Assembly: GCA_937872895.1 (NCBI GenBank) | Contig: CALMUP010000003.1 | Location: 72,170-136,169 of the forward strand | Direction: 5' to 3' | Length of the DNA stretch: 64,000 bases | Source: an uncultured Verrucomicrobiota bacterium | GTDB taxonomy: Bacteria > Verrucomicrobiota > Kiritimatiellia > CAIVKH01 | Shown here: in pieces, positions 41,995-50,742 of the stretch | How the letters are laid out: each line of letters opens with the position of its first letter | How positions within the stretch are numbered: position 1 is the first letter of the stretch | The notes under the pieces: generated by a model | What the model was told of the DNA's origin: nothing | Seen by the model: the letters and a program-made list of their open reading frames with translations, nothing else | The model's database searches: none | Position numbers and translations under genes: made by a program

Positions 41995-44125
41995 AATAGA
42001 GCAGTTCAGTTACGACAACCGCATTGTGCGCGACTTCGCCTTTGCGACCGTCCTCTGGGGCGTCGTCGGGATGCTGGTCGGCTTGGTCGCGGCGATCCAG
42101 TTGTTCTGGCCCGCAGCCAACCTCGGCATCGCCGAAGTCACCTTCGGACGCATCCGCCCGCTCCACACCAACGCGGTGATCTTCGCGTTCGTGGGCAACG
42201 GCATGTTCATGGGCATCTACTACTCGCTGCAGCGGCTCTGCAAGGCCCGCATGTTCAGCGACGCCCTGAGCCGGATCCACTTCTGGGGCTGGCAGCTGAT
42301 CATCGTCGCCGCCGCGCTGACCCTCGTCACCGGTTTCACCACCAGCAAGGAATACGCCGAGCTGGAATGGCCGATCGACATCGCCATCACCCTCGTCTGG
42401 GTCGTGTTCACCGTGAACCTGCTCGGCACCATCATCAAGCGCCGCGAACGCCACATGTACGTCGCCATCTGGTTCTACATCGCCACCGTGGTGACCGTGG
42501 CCATGCTCCACATCGTGAACTCGCTGGCCCTGCCGGTGTCGTTCCTGAAATCGTACTCGATCTACGCCGGCGTACAGGACGCGCTGGTCCAGTGGTGGTA
42601 CGGCCACAACGCCGTCGCCTTCTTCCTCACCACCCCGTACCTCGGCCTGATGTACTACTTCCTGCCCAAGGCGGCCGACCGCCCCGTGTTCTCGTACCGC
42701 CTGTCGATCATCCACTTCTGGGCCCTGATCTTCCTGTACATCTGGGCCGGCCCGCACCACCTGCTCTACAGCTCGCTGCCCGACTGGGCGCAGTCGCTCG
42801 GCTCGGTGTTCTCGATCATGCTGATCGCCCCGTCGTGGGGCGGCATGCTGAACGGCCTGCTGACCCTGCGCGGCGCGTGGGACAAGGTGCGCCGCGACCC
42901 GGTGCTGAAGTTCATGGTCGTCGCGGTGACCGCCTACGGCATGGCCACCCTCGAAGGCCCGCTGCTCTCGATCAAGAGCGTGAACGCTCTCGCCCACTTC
43001 TCCGACTGGATCATCGCCCACGTCCACACCGGCGCGCTCGGCTGGAACGGCTTCCTGACCTTCGGCGTGCTGTACTGGATCATTCCCCGGATCTACAACA
43101 CCTCGCTCTACTCGGTGAAGGCCGCGACCTACCACTTCTGGATCGGCCTGCTCGGCATGCTGTTCTACGTGGTGCCGATCTACTGGGCCGGCGTGACCCA
43201 GGGCCTGATGTGGAAACAGTTCACCGCCGACGGCTTCCTGCAGTACCCGAACTTCCTCGAGACCGTGACCCAGATCCTGCCGATGTGGCGCATGCGCGCA
43301 ATCGGCGGCACCCTCTACCTCGCCGGCGTGCTGATCATGGCCTGGAACCTGGTCAAGACCGCGAAGGCGGGCAAACTCGAGGCCGACACCCCGGTGCAGG
43401 CCCCCGCGCTGGAATCGACCCCGGTCGGTGACGAGAGCCACGCGTACCGCCACCGCTGGCTGGAACGCAAACCCGTGCTGTTCACCGTGCTGTCGCTCGT
43501 CGCCGTGGCCATCGGCGGCCTGATCGAGATGATCCCGATGTGGGTCGTCCGCACCAACATCCCGATGATCTCGAGCGTGAAACCCTACACCCCGCTCGAA
43601 CTCGCCGGCCGCGACCTGTACATCCGCGAAGGCTGCGTCGGCTGCCACTCGCAGATGATCCGCCCGTTCCGCTCCGAGACCGAGCGCTACGGCCCCTACT
43701 CGAAGTCGGGTGAATACGTCTACGAACACCCGTTCCTCTGGGGCTCCAAACGCACCGGTCCCGACCTGCTCCGCGTCGGCCGGAAATACCCCGACGCCTG
43801 GCACTACAAGCACATGGAGAATCCGGAGTCCACTTCGCCCGGCTCGATCATGCCGCCCTACCCGTGGCTGGTGAAGAACCAGCTCAACACCTCGACCCTG
43901 AAGAAGAAGATCACCGTGCTGCGCAAGCTCGGCGTTCCCTATCCGGAAGGCTTCGAGGACGAAGTCATGGCGAACATGAAGCAGCAGGCCGATGCCATCG
44001 TGGCGAACCTCAAGGCCGCGACCATCGAGGTCGAGGCCGACCGTGAGATCATCGCCATGATCGCCTACCTGCAACGCCTCGGCGTCGACACCCGCGAAGA
44101 ACTGCAAGCCGAGGTGGCCCGATGA
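41987..44125 (+). CDS. ccoNO: cbb3-type cytochrome c oxidase fused subunits I+II (CcoN-CcoO fusion)
   Basis: CcoN heme-copper core (12 TM, His ligands) continuous with a CcoO monohaem c domain (CVGCHSQMIRP ... MPPYPWL). 712 aa. Confidence 0.9.
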   Translation: MSKIEQFSYDNRIVRDFAFATVLWGVVGMLVGLVAAIQLFWPAANLGIAEVTFGRIRPLHTNAVIFAFVGNGMFMGIYYSLQRLCKARMFSDALSRIHFWGWQLIIVAAALTLVTGFTTSKEYAELEWPIDIAITLVWVVFTVNLLGTIIKRRERHMYVAIWFYIATVVTVAMLHIVNSLALPVSFLKSYSIYAGVQDALVQWWYGHNAVAFFLTTPYLGLMYYFLPKAADRPVFSYRLSIIHFWALIFLYIWAGPHHLLYSSLPDWAQSLGSVFSIMLIAPSWGGMLNGLLTLRGAWDKVRRDPVLKFMVVAVTAYGMATLEGPLLSIKSVNALAHFSDWIIAHVHTGALGWNGFLTFGVLYWIIPRIYNTSLYSVKAATYHFWIGLLGMLFYVVPIYWAGVTQGLMWKQFTADGFLQYPNFLETVTQILPMWRMRAIGGTLYLAGVLIMAWNLVKTAKAGKLEADTPVQAPALESTPVGDESHAYRHRWLERKPVLFTVLSLVAVAIGGLIEMIPMWVVRTNIPMISSVKPYTPLELAGRDLYIREGCVGCHSQMIRPFRSETERYGPYSKSGEYVYEHPFLWGSKRTGPDLLRVGRKYPDAWHYKHMENPESTSPGSIMPPYPWLVKNQLNTSTLKKKITVLRKLGVPYPEGFEDEVMANMKQQADAIVANLKAATIEVEADREIIAMIAYLQRLGVDTREELQAEVAR

Positions 44126-44283
44126 TCCGCTCCGTACTCGAACACATCCACGGCATCGCCACCCTTCCGTCGGTGGCCCTCGTCCTCTTCCTCACCGTCT
44201 TCGTGGGGATGAGCTACTGGGCCATCCGGCTCTCGCGGGCCTACATCAACCACATGGGCAACCTCCCCCTCGAAAAGGATTAA
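44122..44283 (+). CDS. ccoQ: CcoQ/FixQ-like small single-TM subunit (not in ORF track, 53 aa)
   Basis: Own translation: MIRSVLEHIHGIATLPSVALVLFLTVFVGMSYWAIRLSRAYINHMGNLPLEKD. ATG overlaps the ccoNO stop (ATGA). Position between ccoNO and ccoP. Confidence 0.55.
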   Translation: MIRSVLEHIHGIATLPSVALVLFLTVFVGMSYWAIRLSRAYINHMGNLPLEKD

Positions 44284-44286
44284 ACC

Positions 44287-44868
44287 ATGACTACCGACAA
44301 CAAAGATCCCCTCCTGATGGACCACGATGCCGACGGCATCACCGAACTCGACAACAACCTGCCCCAGTGGTGGGTCTGGCTGTTCGTCCTCACCTGCGTC
44401 TGGGCCGCCGGCTACCTGGTGTACTTCCACCTGATGGACGGACCGGGCCAGATCGCCCGGTATGAACAGGAAATGGCCGCCGCCGCGACCTCCATCGCCG
44501 CGGCGACCCCCGCCCCCGCCGCTCCCGGTGAGGCCGCTCCGGCCGCCGCGGCCGACGAACCCTCGACCGACGAGGCCATCCTCGCCCAGGGCAAGGACCT
44601 GTACATCAAGAACTGCCTGGTCTGCCACGCCCCCGACGGCGGTGGCCTGATCGGACCGAACATGACCGACGATTTCTACATCCACGGTCCGCTGTTCTCC
44701 GACAGCGTACGCATCATCAACGAAGGTGTCGTCGCCAAGGGCATGATCCCGTGGAAGGGCGTACTCAAGCCCGACGAGATCCACGCCGTGGCCAGCTACA
44801 TCTTCACCCTGCGCGGCACGACCCCCGCCGCCCCCAAGGCCCCGGAAGGGACGCAGGCGCAGCTCTGA
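44287..44868 (+). CDS. ccoP: cbb3-type cytochrome c oxidase subunit III, monohaem form
   Basis: N-terminal TM (PQWWVWLFVLTCVWAAGYLVYF), Ala/Pro linker, single CxxCH (CLVCH) cytochrome c domain. Confidence 0.8.
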   Translation: MTTDNKDPLLMDHDADGITELDNNLPQWWVWLFVLTCVWAAGYLVYFHLMDGPGQIARYEQEMAAAATSIAAATPAPAAPGEAAPAAAADEPSTDEAILAQGKDLYIKNCLVCHAPDGGGLIGPNMTDDFYIHGPLFSDSVRIINEGVVAKGMIPWKGVLKPDEIHAVASYIFTLRGTTPAAPKAPEGTQAQL

Positions 44869-44883
44869 AACAGAACTGCGAAA

Positions 44884-44956
44884 CTTTCAACGTTCAACGT
44901 TCAACACGCAACATGCATCATGGTATGTTGAACGTTGGAAGTTGAATGTTGGAAGT
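44884..44956. promoter_or_regulatory. Inverted arrays of heptamer repeats (TTCAACG x3 facing GTTGRAN x5) forming a long imperfect hairpin between ccoP and ccoG
   Basis: Seen directly: ctttcaacgttcaacgttcaaca cgcaacatgcatcatggta tgttgaacgttggaagttgaatgttggaagttggg. A 12-bp perfect stem is possible. The loop contains CATGCATCATG. Confidence 0.5.
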
Positions 44957-44981
44957 TGGGTATCAGGATTCAGGAAGCGCG

Positions 44982-46481
44982 ATGAAAAACACGGCTGATC
45001 CAGTGAATAACGCCCCTCCCGAAACCCGACACCCGACACCCGGTACCGAACACCCCACCGTCCTGCACAAGCCGGACTTCTCGAACTTCCGCGACCACAT
45101 CCCGACCGCCGATGCGTCCGGCCGGCGGTTGTGGATGTATCCGCGCAAGACGAAGGGCAAGCTCACCACCGCCCGCACCTGGGTCAACGCCGTCCTGCTG
45201 CTGATCCTGTTCGCCGGCCCGTTCATCCGCATCGACGGCCTGCCGCTGCTGCAGATGGATATCCTGAACCGGAAATTCGTACTCTTCGGCCAGATCTTCT
45301 GGCCCCAGGACCTGTTCATCCTCGCCGTGGCCATGGTCACCGCCCTGGTCATGCTCGTCCTGTTCACCGCGGTGTACGGACGCATCTGGTGCGGCTGGCT
45401 CTGCCCGCAGACCGTGCTGATGGAAGGCGTGTTCCGCAAGATCGAGTGGTGGATCGAGGGCGACGCCTACGAGCAGAAGCAACTCGACAAGGCCCCGTGG
45501 ACCGGCTCGAAAATCGCGAAGAAGGCGCTGAAGCACATCGTCTTCCTCGCCGTGTCGTTCATCGTCGGTAACTGGCTGCTGATGTACATCATCGGCAGCG
45601 ACCCGTGGATCAAGCTGGTCACCGACAACCCGCTGAACCACCTGACCGGCCTGACCGCGATGGTCCTGTTCACCCTGCTGTTCTACGGCATCTTCGCCCG
45701 CTTCCGCGAACAGGCCTGCACCTTCATCTGCCCCTACGGCCGCTTCCAGTCCGTGCTGCTCGACGAGAACACCATCGTCGTCGCCTACGACCACCAGCGC
45801 GGCGAGCAACGCGGCTCGTTCCTCCGTTCGACGCCCCTCGCGCAACGCCGCGCCGAGGGCAAGGGCGACTGCGTGGATTGCAAGCTGTGCGTGCAGGTCT
45901 GCCCCACCGGCATCGACATCCGCAACGGCACCCAGATGGAATGCGTGAACTGCACCGCCTGCATCGACGCCTGCAACAGCGTGATGCACCGTGTCGGCTT
46001 CGCGCCCGGCCTGATCCGCTATGCCTCGGAGGCGAATATCCAGCGCGGCGAAAAACTCCGCATCACCCCGCGCCTGGTCATCTACACCGTGGTGCTCCTG
46101 CTCCTCTCCACCCTGCTGACCTACCTGCTGGTCAACCGCAGCCCGGTCGAAGCGAACATCCTGCGCTCCCCCGGCACCCTCTACCAGACCATGCCCGACG
46201 GTGACATCAGCAACCTGTACCTGATGAAACTGTTCAACAAGACCAACCGCGACATCCCGGTCGAACTGCGCCTCGAGTCGCACGAAGGCCGCGTGACCAT
46301 CGCCGGAGGCAACCTGACCGTGCCGGCGGAAAAGATGCAGCAGTCCGCGGTGATCGTCGAACTGCCCCCGTCCGCCCTGCCCGCCTCCTCGACGCCGATC
46401 GTGATCGGGCTGTACGCCGACGGCGAACGCATCGCCACCACCAGGACCCGCTTCATGGGTCCGACCGGAACCACGCCATGA
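44982..46481 (+). CDS. ccoG: cbb3 oxidase accessory protein CcoG (4Fe-4S ferredoxin-type, FixG)
   Basis: Two ferredoxin-type Cys clusters (CGWLCPQT; CVDCKLCVQVCPTGIDIRNG ... CVNCTACIDAC). N-terminal TM helices. Track start (TTG 44946) replaced by ATG 44982. Confidence 0.85.
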   Translation: MKNTADPVNNAPPETRHPTPGTEHPTVLHKPDFSNFRDHIPTADASGRRLWMYPRKTKGKLTTARTWVNAVLLLILFAGPFIRIDGLPLLQMDILNRKFVLFGQIFWPQDLFILAVAMVTALVMLVLFTAVYGRIWCGWLCPQTVLMEGVFRKIEWWIEGDAYEQKQLDKAPWTGSKIAKKALKHIVFLAVSFIVGNWLLMYIIGSDPWIKLVTDNPLNHLTGLTAMVLFTLLFYGIFARFREQACTFICPYGRFQSVLLDENTIVVAYDHQRGEQRGSFLRSTPLAQRRAEGKGDCVDCKLCVQVCPTGIDIRNGTQMECVNCTACIDACNSVMHRVGFAPGLIRYASEANIQRGEKLRITPRLVIYTVVLLLLSTLLTYLLVNRSPVEANILRSPGTLYQTMPDGDISNLYLMKLFNKTNRDIPVELRLESHEGRVTIAGGNLTVPAEKMQQSAVIVELPPSALPASSTPIVIGLYADGERIATTRTRFMGPTGTTP

Positions 46482-46918
46482 CGAAGAACCCCTGGCCGAT
46501 CGCCCTGACCCTCCTGATCGTATCCGCCTTCGCCGGCGCGACCTTCGTGGCCGTGACGATGATCCGCCAGAAGGTCGACCTCGTCGCCACCAACACCTAC
46601 GACAAGGACCTCCAGCACGAGAAACGCATGGGCCAGCAACGCCGCGCCCGCGCCCTCGCCCAACCGGTGCAGGTGGCCCAGCTCACCAACCCGCACCGCC
46701 TCGCGGTGACCCTGCCCGATGCCTCGGCGACCGGCACGATCACCCTGTACCGCCCCGCCGATTCGCGCCTCGACCGCACCGAAGCCCTCGCCCTGAACGC
46801 GGACCGCGCCCACGTCATCGCCACCGAAGGCCTGGCCTCCGGGTTGTGGCGGATCGACGTCGAATGGGTGCAGGGCGACACGGATTATTTCCACTCCACG
46901 CAGGTGGTGTTGCCATGA
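46478..46918 (+). CDS. ccoH: FixH/CcoH family protein
   Basis: Single N-terminal TM plus periplasmic domain. Size and position after ccoG. 4-nt overlaps on both sides. Confidence 0.7.
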   Translation: MTKNPWPIALTLLIVSAFAGATFVAVTMIRQKVDLVATNTYDKDLQHEKRMGQQRRARALAQPVQVAQLTNPHRLAVTLPDASATGTITLYRPADSRLDRTEALALNADRAHVIATEGLASGLWRIDVEWVQGDTDYFHSTQVVLP

Positions 46919-47661
46919 CTACCCTGCTGCTGCTCGGCGCGGCCCTGTCGCTCGGCCTGGTGACCAGCCTGCACTGCGTCGGCATGTGCGGGCCGCTGGC
47001 CCTCGCCCTGCCCCCGGCCGGGGATCGCCGCAGCAGCTACGTGTTCGGCCGCCTGCTCTACAACCTCGGGCGCGCCGTGACCTATGCCGCGATGGGCGCG
47101 GTGCTCGGCCTGGTCGGCCGCTCGTTCGCCATCGGCGGGCTGCAGCGCGGCGTCTCGATCGCCTTCGGCATCCTGCTCCTCGTCGGCCTTGTGCTGGTGC
47201 AAACCGGCACCCTCACCCGCCTCGCCGAAACGCTCGGACTGTTCCGGATCTTCGCCGTGCTGCAACGCGCCTGGCGCGCCCGCTTCCAGCGCGGCAGCCT
47301 GACCGGATTGTTCGTGCTCGGGTTGATCAACGGACTGCTGCCGTGCGGTCCGGTCTACGTGGCGCTGGCCGCGGCGGCGGCGACCGGCTCGGTCGGAATG
47401 TCCGCCTTGTTCATGTTCACCTTCGGGCTCGGCACCTTGCCGCTGATGCTCGCGGTATCGCTCGCCGGCTCGCTGGTGCAGATGCCGTTGCGCCGCAAAC
47501 TCCAGAAACTGGTCCCGGTCAGCGCCGGCGTGGTCGCGGTGCTGCTGATCGTGCGCGGACTCGCCCTCGGCATCCCCTTCCTGAGCCCGCCGGTGCAAGC
47601 CACCGAAATCGACGGCAACCCGCACAGCTGCTGCAGCAAGGCCGCCGAGAACGATCGGTAA
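46915..47661 (+). CDS. DsbD_2 / TauE-SafE-like membrane protein with HCxxMCGP motif (cbb3 cluster-associated)
   Basis: MTTLLLLGAALSLGLVTSLHCVGMCGPLALAL... 6-7 TM. Conserved Cys pair in TM1. ATG overlaps the ccoH stop. Confidence 0.6.
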   Translation: MTTLLLLGAALSLGLVTSLHCVGMCGPLALALPPAGDRRSSYVFGRLLYNLGRAVTYAAMGAVLGLVGRSFAIGGLQRGVSIAFGILLLVGLVLVQTGTLTRLAETLGLFRIFAVLQRAWRARFQRGSLTGLFVLGLINGLLPCGPVYVALAAAAATGSVGMSALFMFTFGLGTLPLMLAVSLAGSLVQMPLRRKLQKLVPVSAGVVAVLLIVRGLALGIPFLSPPVQATEIDGNPHSCCSKAAENDR

Positions 47662-47680
47662 TCCCCAACGGCATACGAAG

Positions 47681-47744
47681 ACGGAAAAGCAGATACTTCT
47701 TCCGTTTTCCGCCTGTTTCACGCGCGCGGCACGGCACGCGCGCC
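47681..47744. terminator. Candidate bidirectional terminator hairpins between convergent DsbD_2-like gene and ppk2
   Basis: GGAAAA-N18-TTTTCC stem. Self-complementary GCGCGC-N9-GCGCGC GC-rich stem directly downstream of the ppk2 stop. Confidence 0.4.
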
Positions 47745-47749
47745 GATGT

Positions 47750-48652
47750 CTACTCGGCCTCGAGCGCTGCGCGCGCCGCGTGCAGCGCGTCTTTCTGGGC
47801 GCGGGTAACGGTGGGATAGGCGAGTTTGAGCGACGACAAGGCGTCAATCACCGCCGCCGCGACCACGATACGGGTGAACCACTTGTTGTCGGCGGGCACG
47901 ACATACCATGGCGATGTCTTGGTCGCGGTGGCCTGGATCATGTCCTCGTAGGCGTCCATGTACGATTTCCAGTGGGCGCGCTCGGCGATGTCGCCGGCGG
48001 AGAATTTCCAGTTCTTGGCCGGATCCTCGATCCGCTCGAGGAAGCGCTTCTTCTGCTCGTCCCGCGAGACGTGCAGGAAGAACTTCCGTACGATCGTCCC
48101 GTTGTTGGCGAGGTACTGCTCGAAATGGCGGATATCCTTGTACCGCGTATCCCAGATGCCCTTGCCTCGCACCGCGTCGGGCAACTTCTGCTTGTCGAGC
48201 AGCTCAGGATGCACCTTCACCACCAGCACGTCCTCGTAGTAGGACCGGTTGAAGATGCCGATGCGGCCGCGCTCGGGCAGGTGACGCTGGCAGCGCCACA
48301 GGAAGTCGTGGTCGAGCTCCTCGGATGACGGGACCTTGAACGAGGCGACCTGACAGCCCTGCGGGTTCACCCCGGACATGACATGCTTGATCGCACCGTC
48401 CTTGCCCGCGGCATCCATCGCCTGGAAGATCAGCAGCACCGACCACCGGTCGTGTGCGTACAACGTGTCCTGGAGCTCGGCCAGCAGTTCGATCCCCTCG
48501 GCGAGCGCCTCCCTGGCCTTCGGCTTGTCCTCGTCGGAGAAGGGCCCGGTATCGGAAGGATCGACCTTCTTCAGCTTGAACGAAGCGCCGTCGGTGACAG
48601 CATACGGACGGCTCAAGGCACACGCCTTGTCGATGAGTTTTTCCTTGTTCAT
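47750..48652 (-). CDS. ppk2: Polyphosphate kinase 2 family protein (polyphosphate:nucleotide phosphotransferase)
   Basis: PPK2 Walker A-like FQAMDAAGKDG and lid motifs. Approx 300 aa single-domain. Confidence 0.85.
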   Translation of the reverse strand: MNKEKLIDKACALSRPYAVTDGASFKLKKVDPSDTGPFSDEDKPKAREALAEGIELLAELQDTLYAHDRWSVLLIFQAMDAAGKDGAIKHVMSGVNPQGCQVASFKVPSSEELDHDFLWRCQRHLPERGRIGIFNRSYYEDVLVVKVHPELLDKQKLPDAVRGKGIWDTRYKDIRHFEQYLANNGTIVRKFFLHVSRDEQKKRFLERIEDPAKNWKFSAGDIAERAHWKSYMDAYEDMIQATATKTSPWYVVPADNKWFTRIVVAAAVIDALSSLKLAYPTVTRAQKDALHAARAALEAE

Positions 48653-49365
48653 GCCCGTTCTCCTTTTCGTGCGGCATCCATCACCGCACGCACGCTTGCC
48701 ACCACGGCCCGGCGCACCCGTGCCGGCTCCGCGTACAACAACCCCTGGTTCACTTCCAGCTCGATCCCCGCATAGCCATCGGGAAAAACACGCCGCAACA
48801 CCGTGGTGTGGCCGTCGGCCACACCGCGGTACGGGTAGTTGCGCCGCACGCGCAGGCCCGGATCAACCGCAGCCAACGCGGCCTGCCAGGCCCGCACCGT
48901 GCGCACCTCGAAGGCGAGGCGCGGATCGTACAACAACCCGATGTCCGCATTGCGCACCGCACCGTCGAGTTCCGGCGTGAACGAATGGACCGACACGTGC
49001 AACACCGCACGCCCGGCCCGCAGAGCCCGGGCCACCGAAGCGCGCACCGCCAACCGATGCGGCTTCCAGTACAAGCTGACGATGCGGGCGCGCTCCGCCG
49101 CGGGGAGGCTGCGCGTGAGGTCGGACCAGAAGGCCGGATGGTGCGGCGAGCGGTTGGCCTCGACGAGCAACCGTGTCCACGGCACGGCATGGCACGGCAC
49201 TCCGAAAGCACGGGCCAGGGCGCGGGCCAACGGCAAGGCTCCGGGATCCCAGCCGCGGTGCGAGGCCAGCCGTTGTGCCGCGCCGGAAAACAACGCACGG
49301 TAGGTGGCGGGCACACGGTTTCCCGCATGTTCGCAGGTGATGACAAGCTGGAGGGGATTGGTCAT
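48649..49365 (-). CDS. N-formylglutamate amidohydrolase family protein
   Basis: FGase-family motifs (ITCEHAG...HSF). Real ATG at 49365 by own count; the track ORF 48649..49764 is over-extended. 4-nt overlaps with both neighbours. Confidence 0.7.
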   Translation of the reverse strand: MTNPLQLVITCEHAGNRVPATYRALFSGAAQRLASHRGWDPGALPLARALARAFGVPCHAVPWTRLLVEANRSPHHPAFWSDLTRSLPAAERARIVSLYWKPHRLAVRASVARALRAGRAVLHVSVHSFTPELDGAVRNADIGLLYDPRLAFEVRTVRAWQAALAAVDPGLRVRRNYPYRGVADGHTTVLRRVFPDGYAGIELEVNQGLLYAEPARVRRAVVASVRAVMDAARKGERA

Positions 49366-49946
49366 CGCGGCGGCATCACGCGGTCGGCCTCGGTGATCGG
49401 ACGCAACACACGGCACGGATTCCCGACCGCGACGACCATCGGCGGAATGTCGCGGGTGACCACACTGCCCGCGCCGATGACCGAACCCTCGCCGATGGTT
49501 ACGCCGGGACAGACCACCGACCCGCCGCCAACCCAGACATCGGAACCGATGCGGATCGGCTTGCCGTACTCGAGGAAGGTCGCGCGGTCGGCCGGATGCA
49601 CCGGATGTGTGGCGGTGTAGAGCTGCACGTTCGAGGCGAACAACACGCGGTCGCCGATGAACACCTCCGCGACGTCTAGCACGATGCAGTTGAAGTTGAA
49701 GAACACGTTCTCGCCGAGGTGGATGTTCTCCCCGTAGTCGCAGTAGAACGGCGGTTCGATCCACGGCACCTTGCCGGTGAGGTTGAACAACTGGCGCAGC
49801 AGCTCGGCGCGCCGCTCGCCCTCGTCCTCGCCGGTCCGGTTGAATGCCTGGAACAGGGTGCGGGCGCGCAGGCGGCGCGCGGACAGATCGGGATCACCGG
49901 CGAAATAGAATTCCCCGGCCAGCATTTTCTCGCGTTCGGTTTTCAT
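49362..49946 (-). CDS. Hexapeptide-repeat (LbH) sugar O-acetyltransferase, maltose/galactoside acetyltransferase-like
   Basis: Left-handed beta-helix hexapeptide repeats (IGDRVLFASNVQL...IGSDVWVGGGSVVCPGVTIGEGSVIGAGSVV). N-terminal Mac-like region. Confidence 0.8.
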   Translation of the reverse strand: MKTEREKMLAGEFYFAGDPDLSARRLRARTLFQAFNRTGEDEGERRAELLRQLFNLTGKVPWIEPPFYCDYGENIHLGENVFFNFNCIVLDVAEVFIGDRVLFASNVQLYTATHPVHPADRATFLEYGKPIRIGSDVWVGGGSVVCPGVTIGEGSVIGAGSVVTRDIPPMVVAVGNPCRVLRPITEADRVMPPR

Positions 49947-50060
49947 CGGACCCCCGGTTGATGGGCTGGCATCCACGATGAACCGCGATCGGGAAAACCT
50001 CAACTGGATTTGGCGGAAAACGGATGGCCTTTCCCCTCCCCGCCGGTATCATGGGGTGCG

Positions 50061-50738
50061 ATGACCGAAGCCTCCGACATCCTCGCTTCCGCGCGCGAAC
50101 GTCGCCTGCTGCGCGAACGGCAGGCCAGGGAAACCCATCGCGCCGTGTACCTGCTGGACGACACCTACGTGATCAAGCAGTTCACGCTGCCCGCGGCAGC
50201 GCGGAACCCGCGCACGCCGTGGCGGACCGAGGACGCCGCGCTGCAGCGCGCCGCGCCCGCCTTCGCCCCGCGCTCGTTCGGGGTGGTCGAACACATCGAG
50301 GGCGACCGGCGGGTGGCGTGCCTGGTCAAGGCCTACATACCGGGCCGGGTACTCGACCGCCTCGGCGTCGCCGAAGCCCCGGATGCCGCCGCGCTGATGG
50401 CCGGCCTGCACCGGCTCGGCGTGGTCACCGACGATGCCAACGCGACCAACTTCCTGCGCGCCGAGGACGGACGCCTGCTGTTCCTCGACCTCGGCCGCGC
50501 CCGCCTCCACGACCGCGCCGGGTGGGCGCTCCGGCGGGACATCGGCCGCGAACTGGCCAAGTTGCGCCGCGAAGGCTTCGCCTGGGACCGCGCGGCCTGG
50601 CGGACCTTCCTGCCCGCCTACTTTTCGCACCTCGCCTGTTCACATCCGGTTCGGATTTTGTTAACGTTCCTGTGCGCTACCACGACCTTCGCCCGGATGC
50701 TGCGGAAAACGCTGCAGGGTTCGTCATGGCGCGCATGA
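50061..50738 (+). CDS. Lipopolysaccharide kinase (Kdo/WaaP) family protein
   Basis: Small kinase-fold protein (YLLDDTYVIKQF... DANATNFL ... LFLDLGRA), consistent with InaA/Kdo kinase-like family. Start chosen at Met 50061. Confidence 0.55.
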   Translation: MTEASDILASARERRLLRERQARETHRAVYLLDDTYVIKQFTLPAAARNPRTPWRTEDAALQRAAPAFAPRSFGVVEHIEGDRRVACLVKAYIPGRVLDRLGVAEAPDAAALMAGLHRLGVVTDDANATNFLRAEDGRLLFLDLGRARLHDRAGWALRRDIGRELAKLRREGFAWDRAAWRTFLPAYFSHLACSHPVRILLTFLCATTTFARMLRKTLQGSSWRA

Positions 50739-50742
50739 TGGC

